Assembly: GCA_043798915.1 (NCBI GenBank)
Contig: JAZDOG010000040.1
Coordinates: forward strand, 1-29,978
Reading direction: 5' to 3'
Length of the DNA stretch: 29,978 nt
From: Pseudomonadota bacterium
GTDB taxonomy: Bacteria; UBA10199; 2-02-FULL-44-16; JAAZCA01
The notes below the pieces were generated by a model that was not told the origin of the DNA, did no database searches, and saw only the letters and a list, made by a program, of their open reading frames with translations. Shown here one piece after another: positions 19,333 through 28,434 of the stretch (positions within the stretch are counted from its first letter, which is position 1; the number at the start of each line of letters is the position of its first letter). The position numbers and the translations under genes are program-made.

Positions 19333-21456
19333 ATGGGGGTCCTGCGAAAAAATCACCGGTTGAGCCATGCCCTGTGGGCGCTCGCCATAGGGGTCGGCTG
19401 CGCGGCCATCGCCATTGCCATATCCCAGACACGCCTCGCCAGGAGCTGGGAGCTGCACACATACGACGCACGGATGTGGCTCGCGCAAAAGAGCCGCCCG
19501 AAGCCCCGGGACGTCGTGATGTTCTACGTCGACGAGCCGTCGCTCAGGCGGATGGAGGGCCAGGGGATAAACTGGCCGTGGCCGCGCGAACTCTATGCCT
19601 CAGCGATGAATTTCTGCAGGCTGGGCGGCGCACGCGCGGTCCTTTTCGACCTCTTCTTTTCCGAGGATTCGGTCTACGGAGTCGGCGATGATGAGGCATT
19701 CGCCTCCGGCGTGGCGAAGGGCCCGCCATCCTACTTCGTCGCATTCCTGACAAAGAACGAGACGGCCGATGATCCGCGCATTCCGGCGGTGATCCGGAAG
19801 GGCGCGGTCCCGCTTGCCCAGCCATATCCGGAGTGGATGCGCTCCTCTCGATCGCTCGCCTCCCTCCCGATCGAGCCCCTCGTCGAGGCCGCCACGGGTT
19901 TCGGAAACGCGCAGATGCCGCCGGATGAAGACGGCGTCTACAGGCGCATCCCGCTCATCGAGGGAATCGGAAGCGAGGCGATGCCCTCAATCCCCCTCAA
20001 GGTCGCCTCCGACATCAAACAGGTCCGGGCCCTTTCGTGGCCGAAAAAATTCAGCTTCATGTTCGGCGGTCAGGCGATCCCGCTGGATGGCGGCGGGCAC
20101 ATGATGCTCAATTATTACGGAGGAGCCGACACCTTCCCCGCCCATTCCCTGGCCGATATCCTGGTGGCCGACGCGGCGGTCGCCGCAGGGAAAAAACCGG
20201 ACATCGACCCTGCGATAGTGAAGGACAAGGTGGTGATAATAGGCGTCGCGGCGCCGGGCCTCTATGACTTGAAGCCCATGCCGCTCTCGCGCGTCTACCC
20301 CGGGCCCGAGATACACGCCACGGCGATCGAAAATATCCTCACATCCGACTTCATAACGCCCGCGCACCGGACCACCACGGCGCTGATCGCGCTCTTTGCG
20401 AGCCTCGCAGCGGCCCTAGGGCTCGCATGGATGAAGCGAATGTGGGGGATCGTCCTGTTGCTCTCGCTCCTTGCGCTCTCCCTCATCGGTGGCGCGTGTT
20501 TGCTCTTCTGGCGATCGGTCTGGGTCCCGATCGTTTCGCCCGCGGGCGCGCTGGCCCTCTCCGCGTTCGCTATGTCGGTCAGGAACTTCATGACCGAGGG
20601 GAGAAAAAAGCGGGAGATCAGGCGCGCCTTCGGCCAGTACCTTTCGCCTCACATCGTCGGACAGATCGCCGAACACCCGGAGTCCCTCTCGCTGGGGGGC
20701 GCCGAACAGGAGATAACCATCTTTTTCTCCGACATCGCCGACTTCACCTCGATATCGGAAAAGATCACCCCGGCCGAGATCGTCGAAAAACTCAACGGCT
20801 ACTTCTCTGGAACCACGAGGATAATACAGGCATCCGGCGGCACGCTCGACAAATACATAGGCGACGCCATCATGGCATTCTGGGGGGCGCCGCTGCCGAT
20901 GGCGGACCACGCCGTACGCGCCGCCACTGCGGCGATCGACATCCAGAAGTGGCTCGCCGAAAACTCGAAGTTCACAACGCGAATCGGGATCCACACCGGA
21001 CCGGCCGTGGTCGGCAATATCGGTTCGGACATAAGATTCAACTACACCGCGATAGGCGACGCCGTGAACCTCTCCTCCCGCCTCGAGGGCCTGAACAAGA
21101 AGTTCGGGACGCGGATCATCCTGAGCGAGCCGGCCTGGCTGCAGGCCTCGGCTTCGATCAGGGCGAGGAGGATCGGCCGCGTGCGCGTCAAGGGGCGAGC
21201 GGAACCGATCGGGATATATGAGCCGCTGGGGCTTGCCGGCGAGGCAAACCCAATCGACGATTCGACCATCGAGGAGTTTGCCCGGGCCTTAGGCCTCTTC
21301 GAAACGTCAAAATTTGGCGAGGCCGGGGAGATATTCGGAATGCTCGCAGCAGAGAAGGCCGATGCCGTATCGCGAAGCTACAAGCGGCTCTGCGCCGAAT
21401 ATACACGGAAGGCGCCCGACGGGTTCGACGGCGCCATCACATTCACGACAAAGTGA
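19333..21456 (+). CDS. CHASE2-domain class III adenylate cyclase (membrane-bound)
   Basis: N-terminal TM; CHASE2 motifs WPWPR..YA, FDLFF, D.DGVYRR, PGPEIHAT..ENIL; three TMs; catalytic FSDIADFT, DKYIGDAIMAFW, YTAIGDAVNLSSRLE (Lys/Thr indicate ATP specificity). ATG 19333 preferred over TTG 19297. Confidence 0.93.
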   Translation: MGVLRKNHRLSHALWALAIGVGCAAIAIAISQTRLARSWELHTYDARMWLAQKSRPKPRDVVMFYVDEPSLRRMEGQGINWPWPRELYASAMNFCRLGGARAVLFDLFFSEDSVYGVGDDEAFASGVAKGPPSYFVAFLTKNETADDPRIPAVIRKGAVPLAQPYPEWMRSSRSLASLPIEPLVEAATGFGNAQMPPDEDGVYRRIPLIEGIGSEAMPSIPLKVASDIKQVRALSWPKKFSFMFGGQAIPLDGGGHMMLNYYGGADTFPAHSLADILVADAAVAAGKKPDIDPAIVKDKVVIIGVAAPGLYDLKPMPLSRVYPGPEIHATAIENILTSDFITPAHRTTTALIALFASLAAALGLAWMKRMWGIVLLLSLLALSLIGGACLLFWRSVWVPIVSPAGALALSAFAMSVRNFMTEGRKKREIRRAFGQYLSPHIVGQIAEHPESLSLGGAEQEITIFFSDIADFTSISEKITPAEIVEKLNGYFSGTTRIIQASGGTLDKYIGDAIMAFWGAPLPMADHAVRAATAAIDIQKWLAENSKFTTRIGIHTGPAVVGNIGSDIRFNYTAIGDAVNLSSRLEGLNKKFGTRIILSEPAWLQASASIRARRIGRVRVKGRAEPIGIYEPLGLAGEANPIDDSTIEEFARALGLFETSKFGEAGEIFGMLAAEKADAVSRSYKRLCAEYTRKAPDGFDGAITFTTK

Positions 21457-21528
21457 TCTCCAGTTGCCTTGGGTTCAATTCGCGAGTATAAAATGCGATC
21501 AATAGAATCAGCACCGAAAGGAGATTAT

Positions 21529-22032
21529 ATGAAGAAAGGGACGTTTTTAGCAATAGCTCTCATCGCCGCAGCCGTCGCTGCGACGCCCGCCTTCGGCAGG
21601 GGCAAGGGTGGCGGAGGCGGAGGTAAAAGCGGGACGATGAGCGTGCAGGTGCGCGAGGCGATCGTCCGCACCACGCCCAATTACATGGGCGGAACCGCCG
21701 GCACATTGTCCTACGGCGCGCAGGTGAACGTCGAAGGCGAGGAAGGAAACTGGTATCGGATCGCATCTCCGGCCGGCTTTCTCCCCAAGAGCGCCCTCAC
21801 ATCCCACAAGGTTGCAGTGAATCCGGATTCGAAGGGTTCCGGCAGGGGCGCATCGCACGATGAGGTCGCGCTCGCCGGCAAGGGTTTCAACCCGCAGGTC
21901 GAGGCCCAGTACAAGAAGAGCAATGCCGAGGTCGCGGCCGCATACGCAATCGTCGATCGCGTCGAGCAGTTCGGCGCGGGCGAAGCGGCGGTCAAGGCCT
22001 TCCAGGCTGCGGGAAAACTGAAAGCGCGATGA
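21529..22032 (+). CDS. Secreted SH3-like domain protein
   Basis: Signal peptide, Gly linker, SH3b-like VR.TP....LSYGAQVNV...GNWYRI..GFLPKSAL, then EVALAGKGFNPQVE. AAGGAG RBS before ATG 21529. Confidence 0.75.
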   Translation: MKKGTFLAIALIAAAVAATPAFGRGKGGGGGGKSGTMSVQVREAIVRTTPNYMGGTAGTLSYGAQVNVEGEEGNWYRIASPAGFLPKSALTSHKVAVNPDSKGSGRGASHDEVALAGKGFNPQVEAQYKKSNAEVAAAYAIVDRVEQFGAGEAAVKAFQAAGKLKAR

Positions 22033-22039
22033 GAATCCT

Positions 22040-22120
22040 CCCCCTTCTTTGTAAGGAGGGGCCAGGGGAGGTAGACCATGATCTACCCCACCCTGACCCT
22101 CCCCGTACACAGGGGAGGGG
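22040..22120. repeat. REP-like palindromic doublet, same family as 23-115
   Basis: ccccttctttgtaaggaggggccaggggaggtagac...tctaccccaccctgaccctccccgtacacaggggagggg. Confidence 0.85.
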
Positions 22121-22143
22121 AATATCAACTCAGGAGACAAAAC

Positions 22144-23010
22144 ATGAAACGCCATCTCACCTGCATAATGATAGCGGCCCTCCTTTCCATCCCGGCCTCC
22201 GCTCCCGCATTCGACCTTGGCCAGGTGGTGCAGTCGGCGGTCGGCGGAATCCAGCAGGTCGCCGAGGCTTCGAAGGATATCACGCCCTCTGAAGAGCACT
22301 ACATCGGCCGCGCAGTCGCGGCGGAGGTCCTGTCGAAATATCCGCTGTTCGATAATCCGGCTCTCACGAAGTATATAAACGAAGTCGGATTGCTGCTGGC
22401 TTATTCATCCGAGAGGCCATCGACGTACGGTGGATATCACTTTGCGGTGCTCGCGAGCCAAGAGCCGAATGCCTTCGCGTGCCCTGGCGGAATAATCTTC
22501 ATAAACCAGGGGCTCTTGAAGCTGCTGAAAAATGAGGATCAGCTGGCCGCGATCCTTGGCCATGAGATCATGCACGTGGTGCAGAGGCATTCGATCGGCG
22601 AACTCAAGAAGGCGCAATGGACGAAGCTGGGATTCTATGCGGCCGCTGAAGTGGGCAAACAGTATTCGGCCAGCGAGGTGGGCCAGATCGTGAACCAGTT
22701 CCAGGGCGTCGTCTCCGACGTCGCAAAGAGGGTGCTCGAATCCGGCTACAGCAAGGGGGATGAGAAGAAGGCCGACGAGAGCGGCATGCGCCTTGCCTAT
22801 AAGGTCGGCTACAACCCGTCGGAGGGCGTCGATTTCTTCAAGATGCTTGAGGAAAAAGACATTGGCACTTCATCCGGCCCCTTTGCCGATCATCCCAAGA
22901 TCCAGGCAAGGATCAAAAACCTCGAGGGCGAGCTTGGCGGTTTGAATGACGCAGCGGCAACCGATCCGGTTCGCACGGCCAGGTTCAACGCCGTGATGGG
23001 AAGGAGATGA
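22144..23010 (+). CDS. M48-family zinc metallopeptidase (exported)
   Basis: Signal peptide, PNAFACPGG, EDQLAAILGHEIMHV (HEXXH), E..AD..G, GYNP, HP. CAGGAG RBS before ATG 22144. Confidence 0.92.
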   Translation: MKRHLTCIMIAALLSIPASAPAFDLGQVVQSAVGGIQQVAEASKDITPSEEHYIGRAVAAEVLSKYPLFDNPALTKYINEVGLLLAYSSERPSTYGGYHFAVLASQEPNAFACPGGIIFINQGLLKLLKNEDQLAAILGHEIMHVVQRHSIGELKKAQWTKLGFYAAAEVGKQYSASEVGQIVNQFQGVVSDVAKRVLESGYSKGDEKKADESGMRLAYKVGYNPSEGVDFFKMLEEKDIGTSSGPFADHPKIQARIKNLEGELGGLNDAAATDPVRTARFNAVMGRR

Positions 23011-23735
23011 CGGTGAGGATGCTGGCTATCAACGGCAGCCCCAGAGGACGAGGCGGCGCCACCTGGTGGGTGCTCGAGCGCTTCATCCAGGGCGTCGAGG
23101 AAGCTGGTGGAAAAGTCGAAGTCATCCAGCTCGCGGGCAAGAATATCCACCATTGCACGGGCGAGCTCAGCTGCTGGTTCAAGACGCCGGGCAAGTGCAT
23201 CCACAACGATGACATGGAGGAGATACTGTCCGCGGTCGCGACAGCGAACGCCTTCATAATAGCAACCCCGGTCTACCTCGACGGCATGACCGGGCTGCTC
23301 AAGAACTGCATGGACCGCATGGTGCCAACCGTCTCCCCGCATTTCGAACTCAAGGACGGCCATCTTCGCCACGCCGCTCGAAAATTTGCCGCGCGCAGCG
23401 TCGCGCTGGTCTCCACCTGCGGATTCTTCGAGCTCGATAATTTCGGTCCCCTCGTGGCGCATGTGAAGGCGATCTGCAGGAACATGGACGCCGAGTTCGC
23501 CGGCGCCGTCCTTCGCCCCGCAGCGCCCATGATCCCGGAGATACCGACCATCCACCCGCTCTTTTTCAAGCTGCGCAGCCTGACGAAGGCCATCAGGCAG
23601 GCGGGCAAGGAATTCGTAAAGGAAGGCAGGATTTCGGATGAGATCGGGCGGGCGGTCTCGGCCGATATCGTGTCCAGGGAAAAATATTTTCAGGAAGCCA
23701 ACAGCCACTTCGACAAGGTGTTGAAGAAAATCTAG
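23007..23735 (+). CDS. Flavodoxin-like / iron-sulfur flavoprotein family (NADPH-dependent FMN reductase)
   Basis: INGSPR, C..(E)..CW.KTPGKC..DDM, ATPVY, LKNCMDR; ATGA overlap with the M48 gene. Confidence 0.88.
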   Translation: MTVRMLAINGSPRGRGGATWWVLERFIQGVEEAGGKVEVIQLAGKNIHHCTGELSCWFKTPGKCIHNDDMEEILSAVATANAFIIATPVYLDGMTGLLKNCMDRMVPTVSPHFELKDGHLRHAARKFAARSVALVSTCGFFELDNFGPLVAHVKAICRNMDAEFAGAVLRPAAPMIPEIPTIHPLFFKLRSLTKAIRQAGKEFVKEGRISDEIGRAVSADIVSREKYFQEANSHFDKVLKKI

Positions 23736-25102
23736 GCCGCAAAAACCATTTCGACTTTAAGCCCTCCCTCGGGCCTGTTCGAGAAGATGAGCCTGACGCC
23801 GCTCGCCTCGGCTATCCTCAGACACAGATTTAGCCCCACTCCTGCGGCGGCCGACGAACTCCCCTCTTTGTTCAGCGAGAGCAGCACCGTATCGGCAAGC
23901 CCGGGCCCATCGTCTGAAATAGCGAACACCGTGCCCGATCTGCCCTGCATGAGGGAAATGATGCACCGGGATTCTGCGGGGGCGTGGTCCCTGACGTTCC
24001 TTATGAGGTTGTCGACCATCCGATAGAGGAGCCTCGGATCGGCGCGCGCCTCCACCCTTTCCGCATGCGGGCCCTCGAACAATATAGGGCGATCGAGCGT
24101 CCTCTCCCAGCTCGCCCTGTTCTCCTCCACCCACCGCGCCAGATCGATCTGCTCCGGGTTGAAGAACGGCGCCACGCCCGCGTTTTCGCCGACCCTGAGG
24201 ACCGTATCCACTATCTCCGACATCCGCTGTATCTCCTCGAGCGAACTCTGGAGCACCTTTTTATAATCCTCTCCTCCGGCCCCTTCGCGCATGAGGGCCG
24301 TCTCGGCCTCACCCCTGAGGATCGTGAGCGGCGTTCGCATCTCATGCGCCACATATCTGCTCATCTTCCTGAGCTTGAGTATGGCCGTCTGCGTCCTCTC
24401 GCCCAGGAGATTGATCCCGTCTATGATCGCGCTCAGATACCGGCCCTGCTTTCCCAGCTCGAGGGGCCGCCAGTCCTCTATCTTCACCGGGTCCATCCGC
24501 TGGAGGTGCTCCGCCACGATCCCCACGGGTTTGAGCAATCGCCCCGAGAGCCACCTGGAGAGGACGACCGAAATGCCGATGAGGAGGCTCACGAGCAGAA
24601 GGCTCTGCCACCAGAGGTTCTCCACTATATCGGAATAAGCGGGGAGCGGAATCACGACCTGCAGATAATATGTTTTTCCGTTGCCCTCGCTCTCGTAGGG
24701 CATCACCAGGCTCTCATATCTCCGCCGCTCCCCCTCCATCTCGATGAAGGCCGGCTTCTCGATCGGCTTGTGGAGGACGTTAGGCAGTTTGTCGTAATCC
24801 GCTCCGGCCGTCGTGAAGAGGAGCTTTCGCGAAGAGTTGTAGATGCGGATGATCTTGTCGACGCGGTCCATCTGGAGTGCGTCCTCGACGAACCGGTTCA
24901 AATCCGAAAACTCCTCCAGCTCAGAGTAGTGCGAGATGCCGAGCGTGAGGAGGCTCGTCGCAGTGGCCTGGAGCTGCTGCCTCACAGACTCCCTGTGACT
25001 GCTGACCAGAAGCGCCCCGGTGAGCGTCGCAGAGGCAATCGTGCTCACCGCCGTCATGACCCACATGGCAACCGATATTTTGGATCGGAGCGATGACTTC
25101 AT
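23732..25102 (-). CDS. Sensor histidine kinase (two TMs, HisKA-HATPase)
   Basis: H-box VAHEMRTPLT, N-box NLIRN, DDGPG, GVGL; coupled to the upstream response regulator. Confidence 0.92.
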   Translation of the reverse strand: MKSSLRSKISVAMWVMTAVSTIASATLTGALLVSSHRESVRQQLQATATSLLTLGISHYSELEEFSDLNRFVEDALQMDRVDKIIRIYNSSRKLLFTTAGADYDKLPNVLHKPIEKPAFIEMEGERRRYESLVMPYESEGNGKTYYLQVVIPLPAYSDIVENLWWQSLLLVSLLIGISVVLSRWLSGRLLKPVGIVAEHLQRMDPVKIEDWRPLELGKQGRYLSAIIDGINLLGERTQTAILKLRKMSRYVAHEMRTPLTILRGEAETALMREGAGGEDYKKVLQSSLEEIQRMSEIVDTVLRVGENAGVAPFFNPEQIDLARWVEENRASWERTLDRPILFEGPHAERVEARADPRLLYRMVDNLIRNVRDHAPAESRCIISLMQGRSGTVFAISDDGPGLADTVLLSLNKEGSSSAAAGVGLNLCLRIAEASGVRLIFSNRPEGGLKVEMVFAA

Positions 25103-25779
25103 TTTTCTCCCAGCCAGTAGCCAACTCCTCTCCGGCTGTGTATGAGCGGCTTGAACTCCCGGTCGACCTTGGAGCGCAGGTTGGCGATCGTCACTTCAAC
25201 CACGTTGCTCTCGGGATAGTGATCTATGTCCCACACCTCGTCCAGTATCTGCGTCTTCGGAAAGACCTGGCCCGGATTGCGAGCGAGGAGGCAGAGCATC
25301 TTGAATTCCTTGGCTGTCAGGTCGATCTTCTTCCCCTCCCGGGAGACGCGCTGCATCTCCAGATCGATCCTCAGGTTCTCGTAGATGATGAGCGTATCCC
25401 TGGCTCCAGCCGCTTCCGCCTCGCCCCTCCTCGAGAGCGCCCTGAGCCTCGCTATCAGCTCCGAGATGTGGAACGGCTTGCCGAGATAATCGTCCGCCCC
25501 TTCCGAGAGCCCTTTTACCCTCTCCTCCACCTCAGAGAGCGCGGAGAGCACGAGCACCTTCGCCTTGGGGGCAGCCTGCCGGATGTCATGGAGGGACTCG
25601 AGCGAGTCCTCGCCGCCAAGAAGGCGGTCGAGCACGATCGCATCATAATCGCCGGTCTTGAGCGAGACCAGGAGATCCGCGACCGTCGACACCGAGTCCG
25701 CGGCCATCCCCGCCGTGGTCAGGGCCTGGGTGATGAAGCTGCGCACCTTCTTTTCGTCCTCGACGACCAGTATCCTCAT
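25099..25779 (-). CDS. OmpR/PhoB-family response regulator
   Basis: MRILVVEDE, IVLD, GADDYLGKPF, LTAKEF, VVEVTIANLRSK, RRGVGY. Confidence 0.96.
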   Translation of the reverse strand: MRILVVEDEKKVRSFITQALTTAGMAADSVSTVADLLVSLKTGDYDAIVLDRLLGGEDSLESLHDIRQAAPKAKVLVLSALSEVEERVKGLSEGADDYLGKPFHISELIARLRALSRRGEAEAAGARDTLIIYENLRIDLEMQRVSREGKKIDLTAKEFKMLCLLARNPGQVFPKTQILDEVWDIDHYPESNVVEVTIANLRSKVDREFKPLIHSRRGVGYWLGEK

Positions 25780-25828
25780 AACGGGCGATATATATTATCA
25801 GGAGTTTAAGGGCAAACGGTTAAAAAAA

Positions 25829-25856
25829 ATTAATTTTCGCTTCATACTGCCTTAAT
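25829..25856 (+). promoter_or_regulatory. Putative OmpR-family (PmrA/QseB-type) direct-repeat binding site
   Basis: ATTAAT-N5-CTTCAT-N5-CTTAAT at 11-nt periodicity, between the regulator and the divergent gene. Confidence 0.5.
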
Positions 25857-25932
25857 CATTCGAGCATAGCTTCCCGCCTCAAGAAATGGATGGCCGGAAA
25901 CGAACGTTTTTCAACCAAAGGAGGTTGTACGT

Positions 25933-26478
25933 ATGAAGAAGATCCTCGGAGTTGCAGTGGCAGTGGCTTTCGCTTTCACGGCAGCGGCTGTGTACGCGCA
26001 GGCGCCGAAGACGACCGAGCCGACGAAGGCCCCGGTAGTCGATCAGCAGAAGACAGTGAAGACCCCCGATGCAGCAGTGAAGACCACCCCGGTAGTTGAG
26101 CAGAAGACAGTGAAGGCCAACGATGCAACAGCAACGAAGGCCCCGGAAGCGACGAAGGCCCCGGTCGCCAAGGCAGTTGATCCCAAGGCCGATTGCCTGA
26201 AGCAGTTGAACAAGACCGAGAAGAACGCTCTGGACGCTGACGTCACGAAGTGCATCGCCGACGCGAAGGCGAAGGAAATGACGAAGACGAACGAAGCGGC
26301 GAAGACGAACGAAGCGACGAAGGCCAACGAAGTAACGAAGGCGAACGAAGCGACGAAGGCCCCGGTTGTTGAGAAGAAGGCCCCGGAAGCGACGAAGGCC
26401 CCGATAGTTGCAGAGAAGAAGGTCGAGAAGAAGGTCGAGGCCACGAAGACCCCGGTCGACCAGAAGAACGCGAAGTAA
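25933..26478 (+). CDS. Secreted low-complexity Lys/Ala/Thr/Glu-rich repeat protein
   Basis: AGGAGG RBS, signal peptide ending VYA, repeated EATKAP(V/I)V and xNEATK units, one Cys pair. Confidence 0.85.
   Translation: MKKILGVAVAVAFAFTAAAVYAQAPKTTEPTKAPVVDQQKTVKTPDAAVKTTPVVEQKTVKANDATATKAPEATKAPVAKAVDPKADCLKQLNKTEKNALDADVTKCIADAKAKEMTKTNEAAKTNEATKANEVTKANEATKAPVVEKKAPEATKAPIVAEKKVEKKVEATKTPVDQKNAK
26287..26358 (+). repeat. In-frame 18-nt tandem repeat, four copies (TNEAAK/TNEATK/ANEVTK/ANEATK)
   Basis: acgaacgaagcggcgaag acgaacgaagcgacgaag gccaacgaagtaacgaag gcgaacgaagcgacgaag. Confidence 0.85.
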
Positions 26479-26500
26479 GTTGATTTGAAAAGTTCACAAG

Positions 26501-26532
26501 AAACGCGGCATCTTCGGATGCCGCGTTTTTTT
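26501..26532 (+). terminator. Rho-independent terminator
   Basis: aaacgcggcatc-ttcg-gatgccgcgttt followed by a T tract. Confidence 0.85.
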
Positions 26533-26544
26533 AGGAGGTATTCC

Positions 26545-27138
26545 ATGAAACGCATCACAATCGTCGCGCTCCTCGCAATCATCGCATCATCTTCGGGAAT
26601 CGCATCCGCAGCCGAGTCGGTCTCCATAGCATTGACCATGCCGCCAGGCACTGCCGCAGAGGCATGCAAGATACCCGCCTGGAAGGGCCTCACGGTAGCG
26701 TGGGGAGGAGTTACAGACAAGAGGCCTTCGCCGGAGGTGGGGCTGCAGACACAGAAGGGCAAGGAAGCAATCCCGGTCCTCGCCGAGCCGGCGCTCACGT
26801 CTGCGTTTGATTCGGCGCTCCGGACTCTCTTCTCCGCCTGCGGTATGAAGTTCGCCTCGAAAGAAACTGAAGGCGCGGTGCAGCTGTCAGCTGAAATCCG
26901 GGAGTTCTACGTCGGGGTCAAGAAGGGGCTCCTGACGGGCAAGAGCGAGGCAAAAAGCGGCATCGCATTTGTCAGCAGGCACGGAAACCAGTCGGCGACC
27001 GTGGTGGTTGGCTCCGAGATGGAGTCGAAGAAGATTCGCAGTGGAAACATAAAACAGATCACATCGACACTCAACGACCTCTTCGCCGACACGCTCAAGC
27101 AGATACCCGCTACGCAGGAGATGAGGGAATTGAAGTAA
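26545..27138 (+). CDS. Exported protein, YajG-like
   Basis: AGGAGG RBS, signal peptide, VTDKRP..VG and LSAEIREFYV patterns reminiscent of YajG; family call tentative. Confidence 0.6.
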   Translation: MKRITIVALLAIIASSSGIASAAESVSIALTMPPGTAAEACKIPAWKGLTVAWGGVTDKRPSPEVGLQTQKGKEAIPVLAEPALTSAFDSALRTLFSACGMKFASKETEGAVQLSAEIREFYVGVKKGLLTGKSEAKSGIAFVSRHGNQSATVVVGSEMESKKIRSGNIKQITSTLNDLFADTLKQIPATQEMRELK

Positions 27139-27149
27139 GCTGAAGGCTA

Positions 27150-27194
27150 TCCGCCCCGCCTCTTTGCGCGCCGATGGACCAGCAACAGCACGCC
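27150..27194 (-). repeat. Diverged duplicate of the 3' end of the 29234-29590 gene (left boundary of islet)
   Basis: 38/45 nt identical to 29243-29287; encodes GVLLLVHRRAKRRGG followed by TAG (27147-27149). Confidence 0.85.
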
Positions 27195-27313
27195 CTGGAC
27201 CTGTTCTGTCACCTCGCCATCGCTGAGTTCCTGCCCTGTATTTTCGAGTGTATTTTCGAGGAAGAGGCCCAACATTCGAAGTAAAGGCGCGTAAGTATCT
27301 GATTTTTAATGTC

Positions 27314-27347
27314 TTCCATATACATGGATTAATCCATATATATGGAA
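27314..27347. other. 34-bp near-perfect palindrome (protein-binding or recombination-site-like)
   Basis: ttccatatacatggatt|aatccatatatatggaa with one mismatch. Confidence 0.7.
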
Positions 27348-27388
27348 CAAGCAAGTAGAATTCTTCGATTTATCCGCAACTATAGATC

Positions 27389-27820
27389 GTGCTCTTCATG
27401 GGTGAGACGCCGAAGAAAAACCGCGAATTTGTCCAGAAACAGCTCGAGAAAACTCCGAATGCAATCATGACATTTCGCGGACACAGCTTCAGTTTAGGCA
27501 ACAGTTTTCCATCGGATATTTTTGGCAACAAAGCGAGCCATGTGCTCTTCATCCCCGGCAGTTGCGGGAGCTCCGGCAGCACTGCGGATTACATCCAGAA
27601 AAATCCCCGCACCGACCTGCGCTTCTTCGCCAACACCTCCACCGGCAAAGGACAGGTGACAAATGCCATCCTGGACGCCCTTATAGCTACGCGCAGCAAG
27701 ACCCGATTTTCTGCTGTCCTCCAGAAGGCGAGTAAAGCGATCGATAGCAATGGCGGCGATATAAACACGATCAAGGCATGGAGCAACGGAGAGGCCCTTT
27801 TGGCGTACGTCAATCAGTAG
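27389..27820 (+). pseudogene. 5'-truncated remnant with clan CD-like His/Cys motifs
   Basis: No RBS; in-frame TAG at 27383; AIMTFRGHS and VLFIPGSCG motifs. Confidence 0.5.
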
Positions 27821-28008
27821 GCACGCACCAGCTATCAGCCGAGACTCGCCTGCCGGAATTCGGCGGCGGGCAATTTCAGTCCGTGACAAAATGTCACGAC
27901 CTCATGTAGGCGCGTGCGAGAATGGGGCCAGAAATGGGATCAAGGAGCGCCAGCACGGGCCCACCAGGACAAATACCCGAATTTCAGTTCCAATGAATGA
28001 CTAAATAC

Positions 28009-28118
28009 ATTACACTACAAATACTGGATATCATTGAAAGTAGTGTAATTGCTCTTGACGGGGACTCTGGTCGTCCGTTACACTACAGTTAAGGGCTTTT
28101 AAGGAATAGTAGTGTAAC
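28009..28118 (+). promoter_or_regulatory. Promoter with two inverted-repeat operators
   Basis: ATTACACTAC-N21-GTAGTGTAAT (28009-28049) and GTTACACTAC-N22-GTAGTGTAAC (28077-28118). TTGACG (28055-28060) lies between them, and TACACT (28079-28084) lies inside the second repeat. Confidence 0.75.
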
Positions 28119-28119
28119 C

Positions 28120-28434
28120 ATGAACATCCTCACCTCGACACTCAAAGAAGAACTCTCAACGGCCAGACGGCTTGAGAAACGGTATTTGATGAAGATCGCC
28201 GAACTGTCTCCGGGCAGCTTCTTCGTGAGGCCGATACGAGGCGGCAAATATGCCTATCTCAACAGGAGGGAAGGGCGGAAGGTTGTTCAGCACTATCTCG
28301 GGAAGGCCACGGCTGAACTTGTGGAATCATATCGCAAGTCCAGCGCGATGAAGAAGGATTATCAGAAGAAGCTCAAGAACGTCAGGGAACAGATCAAGAT
28401 GCTCGAAAGGGCCCTCCGTGGAAATACAGCATAA
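28120..28434 (+). CDS. Small basic protein, putative DNA-binding antitoxin/regulator
   Basis: 104 aa, Lys/Arg-rich, GSFFVRPIRGGKYAYLNRREGRKVVQHYLGK beta-motif and C-terminal coiled coil; overlaps the next gene. Confidence 0.75.
   Translation: MNILTSTLKEELSTARRLEKRYLMKIAELSPGSFFVRPIRGGKYAYLNRREGRKVVQHYLGKATAELVESYRKSSAMKKDYQKKLKNVREQIKMLERALRGNTA

Noticed and set aside
22029..22143. ORF 22029-22292 and the N-terminal extension of the M48 gene from 22078
   Set aside because: Both are translations of the REP-like doublet; the RBS and signal peptide support ATG 22144.
23984..25809. Plus-strand ORFs 23984-25096 and 25093-25809
   Set aside because: Antisense shadows of the histidine kinase and response regulator.
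27882..27898. Palindrome cgtgaca-aaa-tgtcacg as a regulator site
   Set aside because: Single short occurrence about 220 nt from the next start; cannot be assigned to a factor or distinguished from chance.
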